64,000 nt of DNA from an uncultured Candidatus Saccharibacteria bacterium (GCA_965231055.1 OZ246411.1:345875-409874), one strand, 5' to 3'; counted from the first letter of the stretch, positions 16,319-27,214 are shown. The notes: generated from the sequence alone by a model not told the origin. Made by a program: numbers and translations.

Positions 16319-17984
16319 TAAAAATAATAGTCACTTCAGCATATCTAAATTTTTCAAATTTTTTCTGAAGCTGTTTTCTTTTGAAAGTAGTAAGGAAAAA
16401 AAATTGTCAAAAAAAGATAAGCTAAAAAAGACATTAACAGGCGCGTTATCCGCGCTTGTTATTGTTTTAGTTGTGGCTGGATTTTTTATCTTGGGCTACT
16501 TTACCTTTATTAAAGGCGGTAGGCCATCTGCCAAACTTGTTCCGAGTGATGTTTTTATGTATGCAACCTTGAATACAGACAAATCAGACGAGCAGGGCAA
16601 GGCAGTGCGTGAACTTCTTTTTCCAGAGGATGATTCGAGATCAAATGTAATAAAGGGTTTGATGCTCAATTTGATGGGATTTTATGCTACAGATATTGAT
16701 TTGAGTCTCAAATATGATATTGAGCCATGGATAGGAAAGGAAATAGCTATTTTTCAAAAAACTCCAAGCCAAGATTCTAGTCCTGTGTTTATGGTTGATG
16801 TCGGCAGTATAACCAAGTTTTTGAAGGTGTTTTCGCGACTAAAGCAACAAACTGCTGATTCCATGGGGCAATTGGAAGAAATAAAGTACAAGAGAGTCAA
16901 TATAATCACGATAAGCGATATTAGAAATGCTAGCTTTTCTTATTTCAAGGGATTTCTTTTGGCAAGTCAGGCATTTGATTCTTTAAAATATTCTGTTGAT
17001 TCGGCGAGGAGTAGTGTTTCTAGCTTGGCCAAAGATGAGCAGTTTAGATTGGCACTTACCAAGATAGATCAGGATTCCATGTTTTATGGAATAATGGATA
17101 TAAGATCTTTTGTAGACAGAGCTATTTCAACTGGATTAATAAAAAGCAGTAGACTAGAACAACTCGTTTCAAAAATAAAAAGAGAGATAATGGCTTTTAG
17201 TATAAAAAATTATACCGATGGAGCATTCGCAAAGCTTTTTGTGGGATCAGAATTCATAGATACGGATCTTTATCATCCCGAACTTATAAATTTTATTCAT
17301 AAAGATGTTTCTGGGTTTATCGGTGGCAAAGATATAGAAAAAACTATTCAGGGAGTACTGGAGACTGAAACAGAAACAGGAATAGCAAAAGAAGTTTTAT
17401 CAAATTATTTCAAGATAGATAATATTGCGACACTTAAAGGTTTCAATGAAGAATTTGTTTTGGGATTTGATAAAGAGAATGGAAAAAGTGATATTGTGTT
17501 TGTGACAAAAAATAATTCAGAAATATCAAAAGAGGATTTGGAAAAAGACTTAAACAATTTGTCAAAAGTTTTGTGGGGAAATCCTCTATCAGATAAATTT
17601 GTTGCCTCGGGCAATATTGAGGGCAATGATGTCGGTTGTTTAAAATACAGAGCCAGTGAAGTATGCTACCTGAGAACCAATGATGTTCTGATTTTTGCGT
17701 CCTCCAGGCACGTGATTGAAAAGTCTTATGAGGCAAATAAGAATCATTTAAGCGCAATTACTTCCAGTGAAGACTATATCAAGATTTTTCAAAAACTAAA
17801 CATGGAGAGTGTTCATTTTGTCTTTTATTTTTCCAAGCAGGCGATAGGTGCTGAGGTGAATGGTGCAATGAAGAATCTAAGTGATGCGTTTATTGCTTTT
17901 ATAAATAATTACACCAAAGCTCTGGGCGGTGTTGTTACTGAAGACTACGGAACGCTGTTTGATATTTTTATTCTTAAAAAATAA
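16260..17984 (+). CDS. hypothetical membrane-anchored protein
   Basis: 574-aa ORF (TTG at 16260; the true start may be the internal ATG at about 16287). Overlaps the pnp 3' end. TM segment ALSALVIVLVVAGFFILGYFTF. Confidence 0.55.
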   Translation: MEVDQELIKMAEDLSSKRDNKNNSHFSISKFFKFFLKLFSFESSKEKKLSKKDKLKKTLTGALSALVIVLVVAGFFILGYFTFIKGGRPSAKLVPSDVFMYATLNTDKSDEQGKAVRELLFPEDDSRSNVIKGLMLNLMGFYATDIDLSLKYDIEPWIGKEIAIFQKTPSQDSSPVFMVDVGSITKFLKVFSRLKQQTADSMGQLEEIKYKRVNIITISDIRNASFSYFKGFLLASQAFDSLKYSVDSARSSVSSLAKDEQFRLALTKIDQDSMFYGIMDIRSFVDRAISTGLIKSSRLEQLVSKIKREIMAFSIKNYTDGAFAKLFVGSEFIDTDLYHPELINFIHKDVSGFIGGKDIEKTIQGVLETETETGIAKEVLSNYFKIDNIATLKGFNEEFVLGFDKENGKSDIVFVTKNNSEISKEDLEKDLNNLSKVLWGNPLSDKFVASGNIEGNDVGCLKYRASEVCYLRTNDVLIFASSRHVIEKSYEANKNHLSAITSSEDYIKIFQKLNMESVHFVFYFSKQAIGAEVNGAMKNLSDAFIAFINNYTKALGGVVTEDYGTLFDIFILKK

Positions 17985-17993
17985 TTATTACTC

Positions 17994-20675
17994 TTGAAAA
18001 CGCTGATATCTCTAGACATAGAAACAACTGACCTCTCTCCAGAAAAAGGAGAGATTATTGAATTTGGAGCTGTAAAGTACGAGGACGGCAAGATAGTTGA
18101 TAGCTACAAAAAGCTTTTTAAACCCAGAGATGGCAAAATACCGTTTATCATTACTACGATAACGGGTATAAAAGAGGAAGACTTGGTAGGCAAAGAAATC
18201 TTTGACTTATCTAAAGACGAAATAGCCAATTTTATAGGAGACTATGATATTGTGGGGCACAATATAGGATTTGATATAGAATTTTTGAAAGAAAACGGGA
18301 TTGCTCTTGAAAAAAACAAGCTAATAGATACTTTTAGACTCTCATCAATGCTTCTTCCGGGATTCAATTCCTATAGTCTAGAGGCGCTTACTCGTAAGCT
18401 TGAAATTTCTCATATTGAAAAACATAGGGCACTAGATGATGCCAAAGCTAGTTTGGAGCTTCTTTTATTGCTTCAATCCAAGATCAAAGAGCTTTCCAAG
18501 GAAACGCTAGCTCAAATACGAGACATAGTCTCTAGAAGTGAATGGGATATGGGGTGGTTATTTGATAAAAGCGCCGTTAAAGAATACAAAAGCGCCGTTT
18601 TATCTAGCAGTAAAACGAAAAAGCATATCAAGATTAGATCGAGCATTGAAAAAATAAGCGAGTTCAATAGTGCCAATATAGAAAAACTTTTTGAAAGTAA
18701 GAAGCTAAAGAAAGAGTTTCCCAATTTTGAATACAGAGCAGACCAAGTCAAATTCGCCAAGATTGTTTCTGACGCACTAAGTAAAAACAAAAAGGCCCTG
18801 ATAGAAGCAGGTACTGGTATAGGGAAATCTATGGCATATCTTTTGCCAGCAGCCTATTTCGCCAAAGCAAGAGATGAGCAGGTGATAATCTCAACCGGCA
18901 CAAAGACTCTCCAGGATCAGCTTGTGAATAAAGATATTCCAAGTTTGGAGAAATTTCTTCCTTTTGAATTCAGGTGGAGCTCCCTTAAGGGTAGAAATAA
19001 CTATCTATGCTACAGAAAACTAGAAGAGGTTCTAAATAGAAAGAGCATAGATCCTATTGTTGCTTCTTTTTTGGTTAAAATCGTGATTTGGCTCAGTAGA
19101 AGCAGTACGGGAGATTTGTCTGAAATGAATCTTAATTTTGAAGAAAGAAGACTTATTTATTTGGTAAATACTTCTGGCATAGGAAGCTGTTTTGGCAACC
19201 TTTGTCCCTCCAAAAAAGATTGCTTCATCCAAAAAGCTAGAATCAAGGCGCAAAATTCCCATATCGTAGTCGTAAATCATTCGCTCTTGCTTTCAAATCC
19301 CAAAATAGACAACTCAGATGTACTTTTGGGGGAGCATGTGATTGTAGATGAGGCTCACAAGCTCGAAGACTCTGCGACCAGTGCTTATAGTGAAGAGCTA
19401 AGATTATCTTTGTTTACTTGGCTTGCGAAAAATATCAAATCAGGTGCGTCTTCAAAAAAATCAAGGATTAGGGTTACTGATGAAAAAATTTCAGAGCTAG
19501 CTAGTGGCCTATCAGCAAAAGTAGATATGGCATTTGGTCTCGCTGGGATGTTTACATCAAAATTCAACAACAATGATTCAGAAAATTTCCCTAGAGTTAT
19601 CTTTGAGGAAAGAGTTCTCGATGCTATAGATTTTGATAGAATGAAAAAAGCTTTTGATGAACTAGAAATTTTGTTGATGGATTTGGCTAGTGAGTTCACC
19701 AAATTTTCTGAAACCAAGGCAAACCAAAAAAGAAAAATGTATCTAAGGGGTTTGGCTGATGAGTGTTTGTATTTCGCAACAAAAATTAAATATGTTTTTG
19801 GGAGTATGGGGCAGGGTAGTGTTGTATGGTCTAGTGTGTTTGAAAATGAAGAGGTGGTTATAGTTTCATCTCCTGTTAAAATTGGCGACATACTTTTGGA
19901 AAGACTATACAAAACCAAGCGATCTATAATACTCACATCAGCTACACTTGATACTTTTTCCGAAAAACCATTTGAATATTTCGCAAATAGTCTTGCGCTT
20001 AATGGGTTTGAGTTTCACAAAATTCCTTCTGGATACGATTTCAAAAATAGATCGCTCGTAATTTTACCTGATGAAATATCTCATCCAAGCAACAGAGAGT
20101 ATTCATCCGAGGTTGTGAAGATAGTAAATGACATTGCAAAGAAAATAAATGGCAGAACACTTGTTTTGTTCACCTCTCATGCAGCAGTCAGAACAGTGTA
20201 CAAAAAATTGTTTCAGCCGCTCAAGGAATCTGGAATAGAGCTTTTAGCCCAAGGAGTAACAGGCGGTAGGGCAAAAATATTAGATCGTTTCAAAGAATCA
20301 AAGTCAGCGGTGTTACTTGGTACTGATAGTTTCTGGGAAGGCATAGATGTTTCGGGTGATCAGCTTCAAGCGGTAGTTATAACAAAGCTTCCGTTCGTAG
20401 TTCCCACTGAACCGATACATTATTACAGACAAAAGCAGTATACTTCCGGTTTTAAAAAATATGCGTTGCCTCTCGCGATACTAAAATTCAGACAAGGTTT
20501 CGGTAGACTCATAAGGAGCAGAAAAGATAAGGGCGTAGTTGTAGTTTTGGACAGCAGGATTAAATCGGAAAACTACGGGGCGATGTTTATAAAGAGTCTT
20601 CCCGAGATTGGAATAGTTGAATGTGAGAAGTCAGAGATAGGGCATACCGCCAAAAACTGGATAGATCAATTTTAG
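17994..20675 (+). CDS. dinG: DinG-family ATP-dependent helicase with N-terminal DnaQ-like 3'-5' exonuclease domain
   Basis: N-terminus ISLDIETTDL...FGAV...HNIGFDIEFL...HRALDDA (DEDDh exonuclease). Then GTGIGKS Walker A, VIVDEAHKLED (DEAH box) and C-terminal helicase motifs. Confidence 0.85.
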   Translation: MKTLISLDIETTDLSPEKGEIIEFGAVKYEDGKIVDSYKKLFKPRDGKIPFIITTITGIKEEDLVGKEIFDLSKDEIANFIGDYDIVGHNIGFDIEFLKENGIALEKNKLIDTFRLSSMLLPGFNSYSLEALTRKLEISHIEKHRALDDAKASLELLLLLQSKIKELSKETLAQIRDIVSRSEWDMGWLFDKSAVKEYKSAVLSSSKTKKHIKIRSSIEKISEFNSANIEKLFESKKLKKEFPNFEYRADQVKFAKIVSDALSKNKKALIEAGTGIGKSMAYLLPAAYFAKARDEQVIISTGTKTLQDQLVNKDIPSLEKFLPFEFRWSSLKGRNNYLCYRKLEEVLNRKSIDPIVASFLVKIVIWLSRSSTGDLSEMNLNFEERRLIYLVNTSGIGSCFGNLCPSKKDCFIQKARIKAQNSHIVVVNHSLLLSNPKIDNSDVLLGEHVIVDEAHKLEDSATSAYSEELRLSLFTWLAKNIKSGASSKKSRIRVTDEKISELASGLSAKVDMAFGLAGMFTSKFNNNDSENFPRVIFEERVLDAIDFDRMKKAFDELEILLMDLASEFTKFSETKANQKRKMYLRGLADECLYFATKIKYVFGSMGQGSVVWSSVFENEEVVIVSSPVKIGDILLERLYKTKRSIILTSATLDTFSEKPFEYFANSLALNGFEFHKIPSGYDFKNRSLVILPDEISHPSNREYSSEVVKIVNDIAKKINGRTLVLFTSHAAVRTVYKKLFQPLKESGIELLAQGVTGGRAKILDRFKESKSAVLLGTDSFWEGIDVSGDQLQAVVITKLPFVVPTEPIHYYRQKQYTSGFKKYALPLAILKFRQGFGRLIRSRKDKGVVVVLDSRIKSENYGAMFIKSLPEIGIVECEKSEIGHTAKNWIDQF

Positions 20676-20694
20676 TCTAAATAATTTGCACGAT

Positions 20695-20726
20695 AAAACC
20701 CCGTTTTTGGCGGGGTTTTATCTTTG
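20695..20726 (+). terminator. intrinsic terminator after dinG
   Basis: aaaccccg-ttttt-ggcggggttt hairpin followed by ttatcttt. Confidence 0.7.
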
Positions 20727-21639
20727 GCTTTGGTTTTTTTCCGGCTTCTTAGTTTTGAGAAGCACGGTATTACATTGTAGACCATATCAAACTCTTTGTG
20801 AATGTGGATAACTGATGTTATGGAGTATAATCATCTCGAACGTAGCCAGTGATGTCGTTTGATATTGCTCACAAACAAGGCAAAAAAGAAAAATATAAAA
20901 TATTTGAGTGTAAGATCCTTGATTTTATTCAAAATTTATGCTATACTCGTATAAGTTCATTGAGAACCAGTCGAAAACCACCGTAATACCTAGCTTTTAG
21001 GCATTATTAGGTTTTTTGCTGTTCAAAATCGCTGCAATCAGCGAATCCAAAACAAAAAACAAAAATTGTTCATTGATCAAATACAAAAACAAAATTGTCG
21101 GGAGTCACCAAAATTAGTGACAACCGAAGAGAACGGCAAAAACAGTTGGTTGTAAGATCTGCTTACAATTAGCAAACGATTCATGTCAACTCGGTGGAAA
21201 TGCTGGTGTTGCACAAGCTCACCCTTATGCGATTATCAGTTTCTGGGCTGGCATAAAAAGGGTGTCGGCAGGCACAAAAAATTATTTTTAGGTGCCCGTT
21301 CGGCACCCTATCATCATAATATAGGGTGCATTGATTATTTGGACAGTCTAACTAGGCGTCCGTTTTTTATTTATACTGTTTTTTCGAAACGAATCCACCT
21401 TATTGATTGAAAAAAAATATAAAATGTTCTGATAGGTTACTTGATTTATATTGTGCGTAGTTCAATTACTAAATACTTCTTTGATTAAATGGATTTGGCA
21501 ATGAGTCTGGGCGTTTATAATTTGCTCTGCTAATTTTTTATATGCCGAATACACTTTGTGTTCAAAGGATATAATTTATGTTTTACTTTAAAAAATGCCA
21601 AATTTGTGATATAATGGTAATACAAATAAAATAAATCCA

Positions 21640-21999
21640 ATGGAAGAAACAAAACTACAAAAATTTCAAAAGCAGCTAGAAGACGAAAGAAGAAAAATAG
21701 AAGACGACTTGTCTCATATCGCCAAGAAGGACGGTTCCGTTAAGGACGACTATGATGCCGTATACGAAGATTTTGGAGATGACGAAGAAGACAATGCGCA
21801 AGAATATGTAAATATGGAAGCAAGAGTTTCCGAAGAACAAATTTTGGAAACCAAAGCTCTTGAAATAAAAAAGGCATTGGAGCGAATCAAAAACGGTACT
21901 TATGGTAAGTGTGTGAAGTGCGGTGTTGAAATAGAAGAAGAGAGATTGGAAGCTATACCCGAAACTCAAACATGCATCAAATGCAGTTCACAAAAATAA
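21640..21999 (+). CDS. DksA/TraR-family C4 zinc-finger protein
   Basis: Coiled-coil N-terminus and C-terminal CVKCG...(17)...CIKC four-cysteine finger. Confidence 0.7.
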   Translation: MEETKLQKFQKQLEDERRKIEDDLSHIAKKDGSVKDDYDAVYEDFGDDEEDNAQEYVNMEARVSEEQILETKALEIKKALERIKNGTYGKCVKCGVEIEEERLEAIPETQTCIKCSSQK

Positions 22000-22454
22000 A
22001 ATTATTTATTCTATCTGCTGTTGCTGTATTGATTGTTGATCAGGGACTAAAATATTTTCTGATAAACGATCTGAAAAATGCAGGCGATAATTATGATTTT
22101 TTAGGAATAATAGATTTTTACCTAGTTTTTAATAAAGGCGTAGCTTTTGGGATGGGTTCCTCAATGCACGTCTTTTTTATTATAATCGTTTTGTTTTTAG
22201 CTTTAGCTATTTTTTCATTTATCTATTTCAAGTATTTGCTTGCGGGATCAGTTTTAACTCACATTGCTTCTGGTTTTGTTTTTGGTGGCGCCATCGGAAA
22301 CTTGATAGATCGAATATTTAGGGGAGTAGTTATTGATTATATTAATTTATATAGCATACCTTCCTTCAATGTCGCTGATCTTGCTATTATTTTGGGCGTT
22401 TGCGTAGTTATAGTAGAATACATAAGAAAAGAGAATTTAGTGGATAAAAAATAA
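21972..22454 (+). CDS. lspA: lipoprotein signal peptidase (signal peptidase II)
   Basis: Four TM segments with the conserved FNKGVAFG and FNVADLAI motifs. Confidence 0.85.
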   Translation: MHQMQFTKIKLFILSAVAVLIVDQGLKYFLINDLKNAGDNYDFLGIIDFYLVFNKGVAFGMGSSMHVFFIIIVLFLALAIFSFIYFKYLLAGSVLTHIASGFVFGGAIGNLIDRIFRGVVIDYINLYSIPSFNVADLAIILGVCVVIVEYIRKENLVDKK

Positions 22455-22460
22455 ACAAAT

Positions 22461-23084
22461 ATGTTTGATTTTTTAAGTATATTTTCAGATTTTATTATAA
22501 ATTTTATTGATGCAGGAGGGTATCTGGGTCTTTTTTTGTTGATGGTTTCTCAAGGGTGCGGGATACCCATTCCCTCAGAGATTGTAATTCCTTTTTCTGG
22601 ATTTCTTGTAGCTACAGGTGAGTTTAGTTTTTGGATGGTGGTTTTGATTGGTACACTAGGTAATTTTGTAGGATCTATTGTGGCCTACTGGCTAGGGTAC
22701 AAAGGGGGTAGAACCTTGCTCACCAAATACGGAAAATACATCTTTATTTCCAGGAAGGATATGCATATAGGGGATAGATGGTTTAAAAAGAGAGGTGAAT
22801 TATCGGTTTTCGTGGGTAGATTTCTCCCGATTGTGAGGACCTATGTTTCTTTTCCCGCTGGAATAGCAAAGATGCATTTTGGAAAATTTTGTTTGTATAC
22901 CTTACTTGGCTTTACGCCTTGGTGCATTCTTTTTGTGTGGTTGGGAATGAAGATGCAGGGGAGTTGGGAAAATATTTTGCAAAAACTTGAGCCATTCAAT
23001 TTATTAATACTTGGGTTGATAGTTTTATGGATTGGTTGGTATATTTGGGGCCATATTAAAAAGAATAAAAAACACAAAAAATGA
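22461..23084 (+). CDS. DedA/SNARE-associated (VTT-domain) membrane protein
   Basis: Typical DedA core ...GIPIPSEIVIPFSGFL...LGNFVGSIVAYWLGYKGGR...GRFLPIVRTYVSFPAG.... Confidence 0.8.
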   Translation: MFDFLSIFSDFIINFIDAGGYLGLFLLMVSQGCGIPIPSEIVIPFSGFLVATGEFSFWMVVLIGTLGNFVGSIVAYWLGYKGGRTLLTKYGKYIFISRKDMHIGDRWFKKRGELSVFVGRFLPIVRTYVSFPAGIAKMHFGKFCLYTLLGFTPWCILFVWLGMKMQGSWENILQKLEPFNLLILGLIVLWIGWYIWGHIKKNKKHKK

Positions 23085-23596
23085 ATAAAGAAATAAACGA
23101 AATTCTAGAGTATCTTGGTGGTATTTCTGAATATGCTATTTTTGCTGGGTTTGCTGGATTTATTTATACAGGCATCAAGGCATCATTAGATATTGATGTC
23201 TTGTTTCCCGATAGGAATCTATTGATAAAAGTTGAAACGGATTTCTTGGAAAAAGGATGGAAAAAGATGAAGAGCTCAAAATCATCTGGTTTTTTCTCCG
23301 TGAGCATGAAAAAAAGCAGTACGACCTTCGATTTAGTTTACACTGAAAATGTGAAAAAAATCATTATGCCGGGTGTTGAAAAAATTAAGCATCAAAAATA
23401 TATACTAAATGTTGTTGGGTGCGAATGGCTTTTTCTCTCAAAGCTTAATGGAATTTCATTTCCTCAACGAACGTCCGCCAAGGTTGCAAGAGACAGAAGG
23501 GTTATTCAGTTGCTTAGAAAAAGGATTAATGTTGGTAAGCTAAAAAAATTAGTTATGAACTATGGAGATGATCTTTGGAAAAACGGATATATATGA
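23081..23596 (+). CDS. hypothetical protein, possibly minimal nucleotidyltransferase fold
   Basis: GFAGFIYTG...SLDIDVLF resembles the G[SG]...D.D motif of the Pol-beta-type NTase superfamily. Weak call. Confidence 0.3.
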   Translation: MNKEINEILEYLGGISEYAIFAGFAGFIYTGIKASLDIDVLFPDRNLLIKVETDFLEKGWKKMKSSKSSGFFSVSMKKSSTTFDLVYTENVKKIIMPGVEKIKHQKYILNVVGCEWLFLSKLNGISFPQRTSAKVARDRRVIQLLRKRINVGKLKKLVMNYGDDLWKNGYI

Positions 23597-24350
23597 TATT
23601 ATTGGTGAATCAAATATTATTAAAATGAAAAAACAAATAAAAAGAAGAGCAAAAATAGACGGATCCAATATTCCTGCCCAAGATGAGTTTATCATCACCG
23701 AGTATGAGCGCATAAAGGATATGCTTATTTATACGAGTGAAATGGGGCACAGTAGGGTTCAGTTTTTTATATCAATTATTTCTGCGGTCGGTGCTACTTT
23801 GTTGGTATTGTTTCAGGTACAGGGTTTTAGCGGCAGATTTATTTTTGTTCTATTTGTATTCATTGTTGGACTGATTGTTTTTGGAAGTATGCTTTTTGTG
23901 AGACTGACTCGTAGGGTTATCTCAAAGGTTCAGTATTTTAGAGCGTTGGCAAAAATAAGAAGATATTTTGTGGATAGAAATACCGAGCTTGAAAAATATT
24001 TCTATTATTCATGCAATGACGACGAGCCTTCTTTTGGAAGTGATAATAATCCCACTTTTTCAAGTCTCAGACTTACCATTTCCATGATCAATAGTATGTT
24101 GTGGGCAGGACTTAGTGTATGTTTGGTTTATTTTATTTTCAATGGCAACATTGATTGGTGGCATTTTGTTAACCTAGCTATCTTTGTTTTTGCTATTAGC
24201 TTTGCTTCTCAGGAATTGTACAGTAGATATGAATTCGTAAAAGCTAGTAAGGATTATGAAGATAGGATCCATTTTCCAGATTCTCCAAATAAGGTAAAAA
24301 CAGGTAGGGTAGTAAAGATCGCAGTAAAAAAGATTACCAAGAAAAAGTAG
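23562..24350 (+). CDS. hypothetical polytopic membrane protein
   Basis: 262-aa ORF with several hydrophobic helices. The start is probably the internal ATG at about 23623 (MKKQIKRR) given the 35-nt overlap. Terminator at 24411-24437. Confidence 0.55.
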   Translation: MEMIFGKTDIYDIIGESNIIKMKKQIKRRAKIDGSNIPAQDEFIITEYERIKDMLIYTSEMGHSRVQFFISIISAVGATLLVLFQVQGFSGRFIFVLFVFIVGLIVFGSMLFVRLTRRVISKVQYFRALAKIRRYFVDRNTELEKYFYYSCNDDEPSFGSDNNPTFSSLRLTISMINSMLWAGLSVCLVYFIFNGNIDWWHFVNLAIFVFAISFASQELYSRYEFVKASKDYEDRIHFPDSPNKVKTGRVVKIAVKKITKKK

Positions 24351-24410
24351 TTGACCCAGAAAAAAATTGATGATAAATTAGGTTCGTACATCCTCCACAA
24401 ATAATTTTTC

Positions 24411-24437
24411 AAAAGCCGGGTATCCGGCTTTTTTTGT
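24411..24437 (+). terminator. intrinsic terminator
   Basis: aagccgg-gtat-ccggctt hairpin followed by ttttttt. Confidence 0.7.
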
Positions 24438-24461
24438 TGTATTTATTTCTAACTTTTAAAT

Positions 24462-26000
24462 ATGTTTCCATCAAAAGTGATCTCTGCTTCGGTTGTGGGA
24501 CTTGAAGCAAAGCTAATAGAAGTTGAAGTCTATGTGGACAGAGCCCCTACCAATTTTTTCATTGTGGGACTAGCTGATACTGCCATCAAAGAGGCCAAGG
24601 ACAGGGTTAGAGCAGCAGTCAAAACAAGTGGCTTTGATTATCCACTTACTAGAATTACTGCGAGTCTGGCTCCGGCAGATTTACGAAAGGAGGGAACTGC
24701 TTTTGATCTGCCTTTGGCTATAGGCATTCTCTCGGCTGAATCAGAAGTTCCTCTAAATCTTGCGAATAAGCTTTTTGTGGGTGAGCTTTCTCTGGAAGGA
24801 AACTTGAGAAGGGTAAATGGCGTACTTCCAATAACCATTGCAGCAAAGGAGGCAGGAATAGAAGAAATTTTTGTACCCTATGAAAATTTAAATGAAGCCA
24901 TGATTGTGAAGGGTTTGAATATTTACGGAGCCAAGAGTTTGAAAGAAATCGTAATGCATCTAAATAAAAAGATAGAAATAACAAATAAGCCGATTAGTAC
25001 TGTTACCAAAAATAGGTGCAACTACGAATCTTCACTCGATTTGAAATTCGTCAAAGGACAAGAACAAGCAAAGAGGGCTCTGGAAATTGCCGCCGCAGGT
25101 TCTCACAATGTGATTTTTTCTGGTCCTCCCGGATCCGGAAAAACAATGCTAGCTAGATCGTTCGTTACAATCTTGCCTGAAATGCATATCTCAGAAGCAC
25201 TAGAGGTAACCAAGATACATAGTATTGCAGGTACCCTATCTGACCACGCTGCACTTATCGATGAGCGACCATTTAGATCGCCTCATCATACTGCCTCGGG
25301 GGCAGCATTGGTGGGTGGTGGAACTTGGCCTCGTCCAGGAGAGATAAGCTTGGCGCATAGAGGAGTTTTATTTTTGGATGAATTTCCTGAATTTTCAAGA
25401 GCCGTGCTAGAAAACCTCAGGCAACCTTTGGAAGATGGAGTGATTACAATAGCAAGGGCTCAGGGAACTCTCACGTTTCCTGCGAAATTTATTTTGATCG
25501 CTTCTATGAATCCTTGCCCTTGTGGATTTTTTGGCGATAGCACTCATCAATGTACTTGCACGCCTTTTCAGATAAATAATTACTCCAAAAAATTATCAGG
25601 GCCATTGCTTGATCGTATAGATATGCATATAAATGTAAAAAAAGTTAATCTGGAAGAGTTGCAATCAAAAAAATACGCAGAAACAGAATCAGAGTGTTCG
25701 CGTAATGTATTTCTGAGAGTAGAAAAAGCGCGCAATATTCAACTGAAAAGATTTGAGAACACTAAAATTATCACAAACAGTGAAATGAAATCTTCGGAAA
25801 TACTAAAGTATTGTGAGCTAGGAGATGAGCTTGGTAAAAAAATGGTTAACGCAGCTGACAAGCTGGGTCTCTCCGCTAGAGCATATTTTAGAATCATAAA
25901 ACTTGCTCGTACCATAGCAGATTTGGAAGCAGTGGAAAATATAAAAGAAGAGCATATTATGGAAGCTTTACAGTATCGCCCAGTTTCCATAAAAGAGTAA
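24462..26000 (+). CDS. comM: YifB/ComM-family Mg-chelatase-like AAA+ ATPase
   Basis: Lon-like N-terminal domain. Walker A SGPPGSGKTMLA. Zinc-ribbon insert MNPCPCGFFGD characteristic of ComM/YifB. Confidence 0.85.
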   Translation: MFPSKVISASVVGLEAKLIEVEVYVDRAPTNFFIVGLADTAIKEAKDRVRAAVKTSGFDYPLTRITASLAPADLRKEGTAFDLPLAIGILSAESEVPLNLANKLFVGELSLEGNLRRVNGVLPITIAAKEAGIEEIFVPYENLNEAMIVKGLNIYGAKSLKEIVMHLNKKIEITNKPISTVTKNRCNYESSLDLKFVKGQEQAKRALEIAAAGSHNVIFSGPPGSGKTMLARSFVTILPEMHISEALEVTKIHSIAGTLSDHAALIDERPFRSPHHTASGAALVGGGTWPRPGEISLAHRGVLFLDEFPEFSRAVLENLRQPLEDGVITIARAQGTLTFPAKFILIASMNPCPCGFFGDSTHQCTCTPFQINNYSKKLSGPLLDRIDMHINVKKVNLEELQSKKYAETESECSRNVFLRVEKARNIQLKRFENTKIITNSEMKSSEILKYCELGDELGKKMVNAADKLGLSARAYFRIIKLARTIADLEAVENIKEEHIMEALQYRPVSIKE

Positions 26001-26068
26001 CAAAATACCCCGCTCGTACTCGTGGCACCACAATGTGGCGATTGAGATCGAGGCGGGGTATTAAGTTT

Positions 26069-27214
26069 TTAATATGCAGGGCAGGTTTTTGATCCGCCTT
26101 GTTTAAGTTCAAAGTGAAGATGAGGTCCAGTGGTCCATCCAGTCATTCCAACATATCCGATAATCTGACCTTTGCTTACTGATTGGCCTCCGGAAACTGC
26201 GAAGCTACTCATGTGGGCATAGAGTGTAGAGGTGCCACCACCATGACTGATTTCAACTTTCATTCCGTATCCATTGCCCCAGTTTGCAGCAGTAACTACT
26301 CCGCTTTCAGCTGCTCTAATAGCACTTCCCACGGGAGCACCTACGTCTATTGCGACGTGTCCATATCTACATCCTTGGCTTACTCTTCCTGCAAGTGCAG
26401 TACTTGCTCTTATTGAACCTCCACTGTATGAGGCGGGGGCTGAGTAATTTGTTGTAGGTGTATATATCTGAGTTCTTGCAAAAGATGTTGCTGTAGGAGT
26501 TGTGACTTCTGGTTTGGGTTCGGGTTTAGAAAGTTTAACTCCAGGAATTATGATAAGCATTCCTTCTTTTATATCATCAGCTCCGTCTAGCTTATTTACC
26601 TTGATAGTTGTTTGTTTTTTTGAACCAGAATTGTATTTGGCAAGTATACTATCAAGAGTCTCACCACTTTCAACTGTGTGAATTTTTCCATCTACTGCGG
26701 GGATCGAAATAGATTGTCCTGGTCTTAGGTTGTCTCCCTCAAATTTACTATCTTGATATAGTGTCCAATAGGAAAGTCCAAATTTGGAAGCAATACTAAA
26801 TAGAGTCTCGCCTGATTTCACTATATAAATTTCAATAGGATCTCTTTGACTATATGAAGATGTTGCAGGTTTTCCTGCGGAATAATCTTCGGGATCGGGA
26901 GATTTCTGAGCAAGCACTGCTGTACCAGAAGTACTGACTTGTTCCTCATCATCTTTCAATTTTATCGTTGAAGCAGCAGATGCCAAGAGCACGGGAGAGT
27001 TTAGTTTAGTTGAATTTGATAGCATCGAGTTTGGCTGCATTTTCTCAAAGTTGGCTTTTACTACCTGAGTCTGTTCTTTGGAATTAAGGTACTCAGTTAG
27101 CACGGTACTGTTTTGCGCGCTCGCATCTACACCTTTTGCATTAACATTTATCCATACAATAAAAATGCCCACGATAACAAGCGCGGCATGTATGATATAT
27201 CTAGAGTCAAGCAA
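26069..27214 (-). CDS. LysM-domain M23 family metallopeptidase (peptidoglycan hydrolase)
   Basis: N-terminal TM anchor. Two LysM-like segments (YIVKSGETLFSIASKFG; HTVESGETLDSILAKY). C-terminal M23 motifs GHVAIDVGAP...HGGG...GMTGWTTGPHLHFE. Confidence 0.85.
   Translation of the reverse strand: MLDSRYIIHAALVIVGIFIVWINVNAKGVDASAQNSTVLTEYLNSKEQTQVVKANFEKMQPNSMLSNSTKLNSPVLLASAASTIKLKDDEEQVSTSGTAVLAQKSPDPEDYSAGKPATSSYSQRDPIEIYIVKSGETLFSIASKFGLSYWTLYQDSKFEGDNLRPGQSISIPAVDGKIHTVESGETLDSILAKYNSGSKKQTTIKVNKLDGADDIKEGMLIIIPGVKLSKPEPKPEVTTPTATSFARTQIYTPTTNYSAPASYSGGSIRASTALAGRVSQGCRYGHVAIDVGAPVGSAIRAAESGVVTAANWGNGYGMKVEISHGGGTSTLYAHMSSFAVSGGQSVSKGQIIGYVGMTGWTTGPHLHFELKQGGSKTCPAY

Noticed and set aside
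21183-21410. 75-aa Cys/Trp-rich ORF in the long non-coding gap
   Set aside because: Implausible composition (MSTRWKCWCCTSS...), no SD, and it sits in a region with strong RNA hairpins. More likely non-coding.
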